DNA of 64,000 nt from Eledone cirrhosa (lineage: Eukaryota): assembly GCA_964016885.1 (NCBI GenBank), contig OZ024740.1:133052001-133116000 (forward strand), in the 5' to 3' direction. This document shows, one piece after another, positions 14,001 through 24,640 of this stretch. Below the pieces are notes generated by a model. The model saw only the letters and a program-made list of their open reading frames with translations. It had not been told where the DNA came from and ran no database searches. The first letter of the stretch is position 1. Each line of letters begins with the position of its first letter. The translations under genes were made by a program, and so were the position numbers.

Positions 14001-14389
14001 CCGTTCTGCAGGCACTTGTCCAATGTCCGTGCATTACTGACTTGTGGAGTTATGTTGAACAGCTACTGTCGCGTTTGGAACGAATCCGGCTATCGGCCGA
14101 GTCCATAGTGAAGATCGATCTACCGCCTTCCTTAGCTCAGGAAGAGCAGTAAATTTTCCTCTCTCTGGTAGCAGATGCGAAAGAGGTTATATGGTGGACC
14201 AGGTTAAAAGGACTTAAGACAGACACTTTTCTCTTCGGCCAATCCCTCATCAACTTCTTCAAGTTTCACCTGGAAAGGAAGGCGAGTGTGGAGAGAGAAG
14301 TGCTGCCCCCCAGTATATTTGCTAAAAGGTGGGTGCATTTGGCGAGAATGGCTCGTGTGAATGAGCCTACTCTGACCATGCGCCTATAG
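11039..14389 (+). pseudogene. Tx1 ORF2 (AP endonuclease + reverse transcriptase + Cys-rich C-terminus), frameshifted
   Basis: GSLNVRGL, SETR, AVYAP, SYIDR, YWKLN, GLDGLPYELY, NFRPITLLN, LDQSKAFD, YADD, CPRC..ETVL. Confidence 0.9.
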
Positions 14390-14692
14390 GCTAGCTAATT
14401 TGAGGAGAGGGGTGCTCTTCCTGGGTGCCCAAGAAGCGCAGGGTGGTTCAGGATTGGTGGGGTACCCGAGTCACCCCAGGGTCGTCCACCCCCTATCGGG
14501 GAATATATTTTGTTGTATTTATGCATAGTTTATTTTATATTTTTATATTTTCATTGTTAAATTAGTCTTGCCATTGTGCACTTTTACTCAACCTTATTGC
14601 AAACCCCCACTGTCCCTGTCTTTGTATTGTCCCCTACATGTCGGCCCTTGTGGCTAATAAATGAAATCATTATTATTATTATTATTATTATT

Positions 14693-14898
14693 GGTCTAAG
14701 CGGACGTATTTTGCTCGCTCACAGTAAGTCGCTTTCTTTGCCTGTTAAAATTATTTGTTGTTAAATATTTCTTGTTGTGTAAGTGATATAAGCCCTTAGA
14801 CTTTGCCCCGTGAAGAGGAAAGTATAATATTTGGGCCTTTTGGCCCAAATATTTGAACTTTTTTTACGTTAAAACATTTACGAAGAAAAAAAAATATG
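14693..14898 (+). mobile_element. Isolated Tx1-type 5'UTR ending at the presumptive ORF1 ATG
   Basis: Follows (ATT)n; hairpin aatatttgggcc-tttt-ggcccaaatatt like other Tx1 5'UTRs; ends aaaaaaaaatATG as at 17081. Confidence 0.6.
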
Positions 14899-16853
14899 TT
14901 TCTTTTAACTTTTTCCTGTCTACAAATCATAGGTTCATAGGTTTCCCACTATCATTGTTCAATTCATCTACCACTAAGTTTAGGATATCAACTAAATCTT
15001 GTCCTAGCCCGTCAGCATTCATCTCCTCATTGGCCGTATCTTTGTTCCAGGTATTATTTATTTCAGCATTCAGATCATTGTCTGCTTCGGATGCTTCCTC
15101 CGTTCTCCCAACCTCTTCACATTCATTTCCCATTGGCTCGTTTGCCTGGCATACTCCACTCTCCATTTCCAACCTAATCTCTCTGCTCAGTTCCTCCAGT
15201 TCCAGCTCGCTTATCCATCCATTAGTTCTTATTACCCGAGCCTGCCCGGCCAATTTTTGTTTATTTAATTTAAATAGACCAATCTCGTTCCAGATGTTAT
15301 GCATCCGTCTCCTATAGCCTTTTCCCTTGGGTTACTCTTTAGGTAACATTGCATAACAGTTCTATTCAATTCTTTCGTCCAGTTGGTTCTGGTCACTTTC
15401 CTTCTTCTTCTTCCTCCAACACCAGCAGTATTTAGATGACAGCCAAGTCCCTGTAACTGGGCCAATGAGCACCTGCTTGGTGAGAGTCTGTCACATAAGT
15501 TCCAGTCTCCACTTCAGCGTTATTCTAACTGTTTAGGTTCGACATTTAAACACTCATATCGAGGATTGGTGAATGTATGGTTACATAACCACCGATGATT
15601 TCATCACCCCCAGTGATTTGATCACCCCCGGTGATTTTAGCGAGGCACTATCACGCTGTAGACGAACATAAATAAATAAACAAATAAATAGATAAAAACT
15701 TTTAAAAATATACATAAGTTTCATTGTAATGTTTGAATGTCTGAGTTTGTTTTTGTGTTAGTATTTTGATTTTTTTTTTTTCCTTTAAGTTTTTCGTTTT
15801 TCAAGGCCAGTAGCATCGGTTACTAGTGTTATTGTTGCTACTGTGCTGTTTTGATTTTAGCTTCGTGGGAAGTAGGTATTGTTTCGTTCAAAACTTTTGA
15901 AATTTGTTTCGACTTGTTGCTTATCATTATTATTATTATATTGGAGGATTGGCAGTATTGGTAGAGGGTCGGACGCCATGCTTTGACGTTTAGAGTGACG
16001 GCCCTTGCCATTCTAAGTTCAAATCCCGCCGAGGTTAACTTTGCCTTTCATCCTTACGGGTTCGATAAAATAAAGTACCAGTAATGCACTGGATATTTGC
16101 TGGCCTTGTGCCTAACGTAGAAACAATTATTATTATTATATTATACGAGGTCCATAAAACAAAGTACCAGCAATGCTCTGGGCAATTGCTGCCCCTGCGC
16201 CAAAAAAGCAGAAACAATCATTATTATTATATTACAGTTTAGATTTGACATCTTTTAAACTAAACATTTTGAGAGAGTTTAGAGGTACAACAGCAATAAT
16301 GTTTTTGGTGTTGTTGTTGTTGCTGTTGACCCTGTCACCAAATCAGTCTATTTATATCTTTTGATACCTTCCTCGCTTCTATTCATGTTTAGTGGGACTA
16401 CTACCATCACTCTCTCTTAACAGGAGGTGGTGAGAGAATAGCGGCGGTAGCGATGATGATGCAGTGGTGGTGGTGATGTGATAGTAGTAGTGCAGTGAAG
16501 GTGTTTATCTAGCCGCTGGGTTTGGTTTGTTTGTTTGGCTGGCTAGATTTTTTTTCGTGGTAGTGGTGATGGTGATTGTGGTGGCTACGGTAGTGGTGTT
16601 GGTGGTGAAATTATTTGCCATTTTTCTTTTTTGATTATAACATTTCTGATCCAAAATTAAATATTAATTATTGGAGCCCTATGCCATAATGTGATGCGAT
16701 GTCACTTCCTGAGAGTTAAAATTGGTGTCTTATGTTCCATTTGTAATAAGAATTATTCTATCACAATTGTTTAAAATACGTAAAAATCAAAAACTTACGG
16801 GAGCGATTCAATAACAATCTATCCATCACGTGCGTGTCTTCCCATATCTTCCC
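14897..16853 (-). mobile_element. R4/Dong LINE 5' portion (5'UTR + ORF N-terminus)
   Basis: WTKELNRTVMQCYLKS..QARVIRTNGWISELE; colinear with 55475-57552; ends at (TTA)n. Confidence 0.85.
15943..16130 (+). mobile_element. tRNA-derived SINE inside the Dong 5' region (a partial 3' copy follows at ~16146-16218)
   Basis: Same consensus as 6130; flanked by (ATT)n. Confidence 0.85.
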
Positions 16854-17080
16854 TTATTATTATTATTATTATTATTATTATTGGCGTCTTACGTAGGAAA
16901 TCGTATCATCGTGAGCTCCGCCAAGGTTTGTAGTTTTCCTTTGTTTAAAATTGGCATTTATGGAAAATTATTATTGTTAACTGTATCTAAGTGCACATAC
17001 ATTGTTTTCCTAAAAGCACACTCAAAATTATTGGGGCCTTGAGACCAAAATTTAAACTTTTATAATTATCAAACAAAAAT

Positions 17081-18997
17081 ATGTCTTTGAAAAATCATGG
17101 ACGACTCACAGCCAGACCTTCCTCACAAACTAACACCTCACACCGATACCACCATTGTAAATATTACTACGTTTGCCAACACTAAAAATATAAGCAGTAG
17201 CAATAATTTAAATTTGTCTCATGCAGACATTCATTTCCCGCCATTACAATGACTGCAGGTGTTGAAGCCGCCACCCTCACCACCACCACAGCGACAAAAG
17301 AAACAAAAGAAAAAAAATTATCTCGTGACATCGAAATGGATTCACCCAAAATGGACTCTTCCACACCGAACACCACTGACGCCACCACCACAACTGAAAC
17401 TAAAAATAACAATAACAAAAATAACGATAACAACAACAGCAACAACAACGATGAGAATAAGAAAACCACCCTGTCTTTTGCCAGAGTAGCAAAAAAGTGC
17501 GAAGCAATCCAGGTAACTCAGGAGGAATTAGATGAAGCCAAGAGAATGGTTAAGAAAGATGGGTACAGGGTCAGGCTCATCTCCCCACCTAATAAAGTGG
17601 AGCATCGGCGCCTATGCACCGTATCTTATCGGACGATTAACATATAATGGCGCCGAGTGGAACGAGCATCCGAGTCCCAAATCAAAAATTCTTTGGGACA
17701 TGTGTGGGCAAAAAAAACCCACATCGGACGTGGGCAGAAATATGGAACCTTGGATGTGTTCTTTAGAACACCACAGGAGGCCAGAGAACACTCCATGGTC
17801 CCATTAAGAAGTGACGACTTCACACGCGTCCCAAGCTATTGTGGCCAGAGTCTCGTGAATATCAGGATGAACCACGTTCCACCGGCCATCGAAATACCCT
17901 GGCTAATGGCTGCCGTCCTCGCCGACATCGAGGCCAACACCAAGATAATCGAAATAGCGAACAAAAAGCAGGAGAACTGGTCCGGATCTGGGATGGAGCT
18001 CCTGATCCAAGCGGACCAAAAAAGCATTGAGGAGATCCCAGAGGTAATAGACCTCACTCACGGCAGCCACCTCACCTTAATCATCGAGGGCAGAAGGCCT
18101 AGGTGTGTCGTTTGTGGTGAAGGAACCCACCCAGGGGCTTTCTGCCCTCACGCTAAAAAGTTGATTCTCCCTCTCATACCCACCCCAGTGACTCAACCAT
18201 CAGCACAACCATCAGCAGAAATAGCAGCAACAACTGTAGCAGCAACAACAGAAGCAACAACCCCAGAAATAGTAGCAAAACCAACACCACCACCACCCAG
18301 CACGCCATAACTAGCACAAGCGCCTACTCCATCCACCATGCCATAACCAAAACCAACGCTTGTGGAGGATTTTCCACGCCCTGACCTATCGCAACTGGAG
18401 ACAGATTGTGACGACGAGGAATGGGAAACAGTATCAGGAAAGAAGCCAAAAAAGAAACAATTCTCTTCCGTCCCCCTCCAAAAACAAAATACAGAGCTAA
18501 ACAAATAAACTATCAAACAAAAAAGTTGGGACAGCTATGCCACCATCCACAGCAGCATCACCAATCCCATCACCACAAACACCAACACCATCACCATCAT
18601 TAACGCCAACACCACCATCACCAATACCACGAAAGTCACCAAAAAGCGAAACAGAAACAAACCCACAACAAACGCAAACAAAACAAAACAAGCCAAACGA
18701 TACACACTACACAGCATTAAATTCGAACAACAACCAATAATTACACTACATCCAACACAACACCAGCATCACAGAAAAAGACTACAAAACAACCCAAAAG
18801 TTCACACCACCTCCACACATACAAATCACTCGCATCACACAAAAAACGTGCACGACACTAAAACAAAAATTCCCCAAAGACATCGAAGACTTCCGACAAG
18901 CACTCTCCAGGAGGATTTATAAGGACATCCTTCTGGAGGAGGCCACAAGCAGTGAAAAGGATGGAGAAACCACCTTCCTCTACGAGAAGTAAGGTAA
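17081..18997 (+). pseudogene. Tx1 ORF1 with CX2CX4HX4C zinc knuckle, interrupted
   Basis: LSFARVAKK, RGQKYGTLDVFF, EGRRPRCVVCGEGTHPGAFC; stops and frameshifts. Confidence 0.8.
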
Positions 18998-19029
18998 GTG
19001 GTCTTTCCCATCTTTTCCACTCCTTTTCA

Positions 19030-22000
19030 TAGATGTAGTGGCCATCAGCGAGACCAGAATCTCCGAAGCACGGGCCTTCGCACCGATCTTCAGCGGCTAC
19101 CATGTGTACGTATCTCCCAGTCGTCCCGGATGGGGGGGAGTAGTTGCTGTGCTTTTTCGGAGAGGTTTGGATCTCGCCATACGGGCCATCTTCCAGGACC
19201 CAGAAGGTAATTTGGTGTTGCTGGAGACGGACAAGCTTTCAGGCTAGTGGCCGTCTATGCCCCAACAGGTGCAGGGCGGTCTGATTTCTTCCGGCATCTG
19301 GAGACCTTTCTTGAAACGTCCAGCTCTTTCGTGTTAGTGGGCGACTTGAACGGGATCTTAGATGCATGCTGGGACTGTGTGGGGTTAGCGGATATGGGAG
19401 GAGGGTGCAAGAGCCTCACCAACCTGCTCAGGCATTTTCACCTGTCTGACAGGTACCGATTGGATTTCCCGAATGTGCCAATGTGGACTTGGACAAATCG
19501 CATGGGGTCATCCAGATCATATCTAGATAGAGTATATTGTAGGGAAATAGATAGGTCTAGCATAGGCTGTCCACAATTCAAGATAGTCAGCTACACGGAC
19601 CACAAATTCGTGATCTGTGTGCTTGACTTAGATAGGCTTCATAGACGAGGATCCGGCTACTGGAAGCTAAACGCGTCCTTACCAGCGCGCAACGTATACA
19701 GAGACCGGATTAGCGAACTAGTTAAGCGGGCGTTGACGGGGGCCATCGTCAACAACAAGTGGTGGTTTGCTCTGAAAAGAGCAATTAGAATAGAGTCCAT
19801 TAGGTTTAGTAAGGCTTTAGCAATAGAGAAAAATAGAGCAGAGGGAGAATTAGTTAGAAAGTTAGACGAGGCGCTTAGCAAAGGTATCGGGCCCGACGTA
19901 CTTGCGGCGAAATTGGCCCTTTACCAGTTCTTCAATGAAAAGCACGAAGGCTGCGTTGTCAGAGCTAGGGTACGTGCTCTCAGACACGAGGGGACGAAAG
20001 CCGTTCAATGGGCCCGAGTGGCGGAGGCGCGTCGTGGCAACAAAACCACGATCCGGTCTTTGGTGGACCACGACGGGCGCCTGCTACTCGATCCCGCGCA
20101 AATGTGTGAAGCTTTTCAGCGACACTTCGCTCAACTGTTCGGGGGCAGTGGCGGGCCGGTTCGAGGGATGGACTTTAGTGTCTACCTCGACGGACTGCCG
20201 CGGCTTTCGGCCACTGAGGCGGAGTGTTGCGAAAAGTCGATAACAACCGCTGAAGTACGGGAGGCAATGACTGGCTGCACAAGGGGTAAATCGCCCTGTT
20301 TGGATGGTCTGCCCTATGAACTTTACGTACAAATATCAGACTTGTTCGGAGGCCTCTTGGCAGACGTCTACTGCAACTGGCAACAGAAGGGGAGAATTCC
20401 CAGCTCTGTGAGCCGAGGAGCGGTGGCACTGCTGAGAAAGGATCCGAAAAAGGGGGATAACATAGATAATTTTAGGCCCATAACTCTGGTAAACACAGAG
20501 TTCAAGATTTTGGCCAAGGTGCTAGCAAAGAGGTTGACGCTTGTCGTTGGTGGTCTGGTGGGAGAGGCACAGACATGCGCCATTCCCGACATATCCATCC
20601 ACGACAACCTCCACCTCATGCGATACATCGTAGAGAGGGTAGCTAGGGAACCTGGCACAGGAGGGTCTTTGATCAATTTAGATCAGTCGAAAGCCTTCGA
20701 TAGGGTCGACCATCGTTACCTAGCGGCAGTGCTGAGGGCGGCTGGCTTTGGGCCCGTCTTCAGAGGCTGGATCGCTGCCATGCACAGCGACATCTGCTCT
20801 GTAGTGAGAGTGAACGGTCACCTTTCGGAACCGTTCAACATCATGCGCTCGGTCCTCTCGTCCTTATTGTACATATTGACTCTCGAGCCATCACTGCACA
20901 AACTGGAGACGTTGAGGGTGGTACCGCGCGAACTAGGATGCGGAAGATCCGTGTCATAATATGCGGACGATGTCACCGTAGTGGTGTCGAACGCCAAACA
21001 CATCGAGGCGATCGGCACTACACTAAGAGAATACGAAGCGGTGACAGGAGCAATGATCAACAGGAAAAGTCAGTGGGCCTGCAGCTCGGCACCTGGAGAG
21101 GCAGTCCATGCCGTCCAACGGCGTCGTCGGGCGCTGGACGGACGGACCGGTTAAATTGCTAGGGGTCTGGTTCGGTCCAGACCTCCAGACGGGCAAAAAC
21201 TGGGACGAGGTGACGAGCAGAGTGGCTTCTCTCACCCTGAAAGGTCGAGCGGAGGTGGCTAACGCGTACATAGCGTCCGTCATCTACTACCGCCTGACCG
21301 TCGTACCTTGTCCTAAGCCCCGCCTGACTGCGCTGGAGCGTTTGCTCTTTCGCTTCTTGTGGAAGGGACGCGCTCCGATGGTCAGGCGGTCCATCTGCTT
21401 TCAACACCCGCTACGTGGAGGGCTGGGCATGCCGTGGCTGATGATGTGCAGACAGTGGCGCTCAGGCTACGACATCTCCACCTCTTCCTCGACGGTGATC
21501 AGGTGTGGTCGCCGTTTGCTAGACAAGTTTTTCCCAAGCTCGTCTCCTTGACAGAGCTGCAGTCCTGGGTCAAGCGAAGAGCGAGAGGGAGCGCTTGGAG
21601 ACTGGAATGTCTTCAGGCGCTCACAGCCCTCGACCAATCGGGCAATGTGATCGGTGGAAACTCCACCTTGGCGTTCTATAGGGGATCAGTGGAGGGGAAG
21701 AGCGACGACGTACTTGGAGAAACTCTAGGCGTCGACGAAAATCAACTAGCCAATCTCTTCGGAAGGACTTTCGGGCCGGGGCCTATGGACAACTTCCAGA
21801 AATCCCTGGCCTGGCAGTGCTACCGGGGAGCTTTGCCAGTTCGGGATAAACTCTACAGGCATGGAGGTGCCGTCAGCCGGGCATGTCCGAGATGCGCACA
21901 GGGCGACGAAACCATCCTGCACGCACTTGTCCAGTGTCCGAGCATTGCTGACTTGTGGGTTTATGTCGAACACCTGCTGTCACCTGTAGGACGGATCCAG

Positions 22001-22299
22001 CTATCAGCTGAGTCCATTGTGAGGATTGCCCCGCCCTCTTCCTTTAGCCGGGAAGGGCAGGCAGTTTTTATCTGTCTGGTGGCCATGGCGAAAAGATAGT
22101 ATGGTGGACACGTTTGAAAGGGCTGAAGACGAGCACTTACCTCTTCGGTGATGCCCTGATTAACTTTTTCAAATTTCATTTGAAAAGGAATATCAGGGTA
22201 GAGAGGGAAGTGCTCTCTTCCCAGCATTTTGTTGAAAGATGGGTGAGAGAAGCAAGTATGGCCCGAATGAATGGGCCTTCTCTGAGTATGTGTCTGTAA
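19030..22299 (+). pseudogene. Tx1 ORF2 (APE-RT), start deleted, frameshifted
   Basis: SETR, GDLN, SYLDR, TDHK, YWKLN, LDQSKAFDRV, *YADD, CPRC..ETILHALVQC; ~105 nt including the ATG missing relative to 60064-60168. Confidence 0.9.
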
Positions 22300-22542
22300 A
22301 TTAAAGGGGGAAAACTGGGAGAGGGCACTTGTCCTGGTGGTCAGGGTCACTGTGGTCTTTTAATGGGCTTTCTCCACAAATGTCCCTCGGAAGTCTCCCC
22401 CCTATTTGGGAATTTTTCTTTGTTATTTTATTTCATCCTCTGTTTTTTTTACACGCAGAAATGCCCATTTGTACCGTCCTGTATTGTCCTGTACTGTCCT
22501 TAATGTCTACTTTATGTAAACCCTTGTTGTTAATAAAGAAAA

Positions 22543-22594
<52 letters not shown>

Positions 22595-22769
22595 CCCAAG
22601 ACTACAATGAAGCCATACGTTGTTTATGTATCTAGGTATACGTTTTGAATAATACGTCTAAGTTCCAACTGCATCGGATTGACAGAATCGGATTAGGTTG
22701 TTTTTAATATCTAACATAATAGAAAATGGAAATCACAGAGTCCCCCCGTCACCCTGATCCTCCTCATTC

Positions 22770-23400
22770 TCTTCCTTCTTCTCCTTTTCTTCTTTCTTCT
22801 TCTTCTTCTTCTTCTTCTTCTTCTTCTTCTTCTTCTTCTTCTTCTTCTTCTTCTTCTTCTTCTTCTTCTTCAACTTATTCCGGGGAGGTTTCAGCGGGCT
22901 CCTTCCAGAGGTTTCTGTCAGAATCAACCGTCTCCCACTGATTCAGCTGGAACCCCAAAAGACACCAGTCAAACTCGTGGATGTTATGCAATCCTCGTGC
23001 TTGGAGTCTACCCCTGGGTCTCCTTTCCCATAATATCTTTGCAGGGATTCTTTCTTTAGACATTCTAAACATATGCGCTTAGTATCGGATATGTGATGTT
23101 TCATTCCTGAAAAGTAGCGGCTCTACCTGGAGTAACTCTCTGATCTCCGAGCTACTCAATATATCGAGTAACGTTACTCCACAGACCCTCTGAAGGAACC
23201 CAATTTTGCGCGCATGTTTTCGCGATTGTATTCTTTCTGTCATAACCCGAGATTCATTACCATATGCTAGGGTTGGCACGAATACCTCCCTTCTTTTGAT
23301 TACGGATTGCTGAAGCTGGTGGATTACTGCACCAACTCCTGTAATTCCTTCACTAAATTCACACTCCTGATTTCCATTATTCGTGAATGCAGGCCCGTCA
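22770..23400 (-). mobile_element. RTE-clade LINE 3' fragment with (GAA)n tail
   Basis: PTLAYGNESRVMTERIQSR..FLQRVCGVTLLD..SSEIRELLQVEPLL..RRPRGR, followed on the minus strand by (GAA)n at ~22795-22871. Confidence 0.75.
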
Positions 23401-24571
23401 CAATTTCTGATAGGCTATCCATTTTGCAACTGCAAACTATACGTGCTGAATATTCATTGCGCTTTGTTTGTTGAGTAACATAATCAATAATATATTTTAT
23501 CTATGTAGATTAAACCTAATTATAGTATATAACTGCTCAAAATTGAAACATGTAGTTTCCCATTAGAAGGACACGTGTGTTGCTATCTTCAGCAAATATT
23601 TTGACTAGTCCTGTAAAATCTGTCCTTCCTTAAAACGTTAGTTTAGCACCATGCGGTTTTATTTGGGCGGTTTGCATGGGCAGGTACTGGTTAATGTTCA
23701 GTGTGAGATGTATATCGATTAGATCTTAACTCTTACTGGAGATTGGTAATCCGAGGTCGTGATGATGCTTATTAGCAAGGTCGGTGATTGATACCAATCA
23801 TTGAAATCGATTATAAACATCATGTTCTTGTATTCATAAAACGGCCGCATAAGAGAGATTTAGCCTATTCGGGAATGATTCTTTGTTAAAGTGCGTACAT
23901 TTATTGTTTGTCTTATATGTACACTATAGTAGCTGTTTCTGACATTGGCATATGAAAACATTTAGCTTTCTTCATTGAGTAACATAATCAATATATGTTT
24001 TATATGTATATATGAAACCTAATTATAATATATATATATGTATACCTATTTCTTCTCATCCATGCTCTTGAATATGCATGCTCGTAGTTCGGCATAAATA
24101 CACAGTTCGGCATAATATCTTGGAGGAGAAACACAGCATGAAAGCACACATGTATGCTCAGACATACATACATGCACAGACCCACATATATGCACAGAGA
24201 CGCAAAAGTATATAGAAATACATTCACACCCACACAACCACACACACACACACACACACACACACTCATATGGATGAGCAGACTAGATACACACCTCAAA
24301 CATACTAGATGGAGTAGACAAAAGAAGATCTCTAACAAAAGAGAAAACTTAGATTAGCAAGTTTAATCATTAAGGATGTTACATATACGTAACAAAATAG
24401 GTTTAACAATTAGCAATGCAACAATCACTAAACTATGAATCAATTCACAACTCAACTAATATTAAAGAGATGTGAAACTGAATCGGTGTGTGCGTTTCTA
24501 TTGTCAGAATGAGCTTCCGAAATTATAATAGCGAACTATTTCAACACACGATATTACCTGAAGAATCGTGA

Positions 24572-24640
24572 ATATACATAGTACGTATATACATAGTATG
24601 CATGTACATAGTATGCATATACATAGCATGGATATACATA
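24572..24640 (+). repeat. 15-bp minisatellite (atacatagtatgcat)x~4.5
   Basis: Direct reading of the tandem units. Confidence 0.8.

Larger units (their letters stand above)
8912..14692 (+). mobile_element. Tx1/L1-group LINE copy A, near full length, decayed
   Basis: 5'UTR, ORF1, APE-RT ORF2, 3'UTR with AATAAA, (ATT)n at 14669-14692; preceded by (ATT)n. Confidence 0.92.
16883..22591 (+). mobile_element. Tx1/L1-group LINE copy B, full length, decayed
   Basis: (TTA)n, 5'UTR, ORF1 with CVVCGEGTHPGAFC knuckle, ORF2, 3'UTR, (ATT)16 tail. Confidence 0.93.

Noticed and set aside
24572-24640. CRISPR-like array
   Set aside because: Tandem minisatellite without unique spacers, in eukaryotic context with no cas genes
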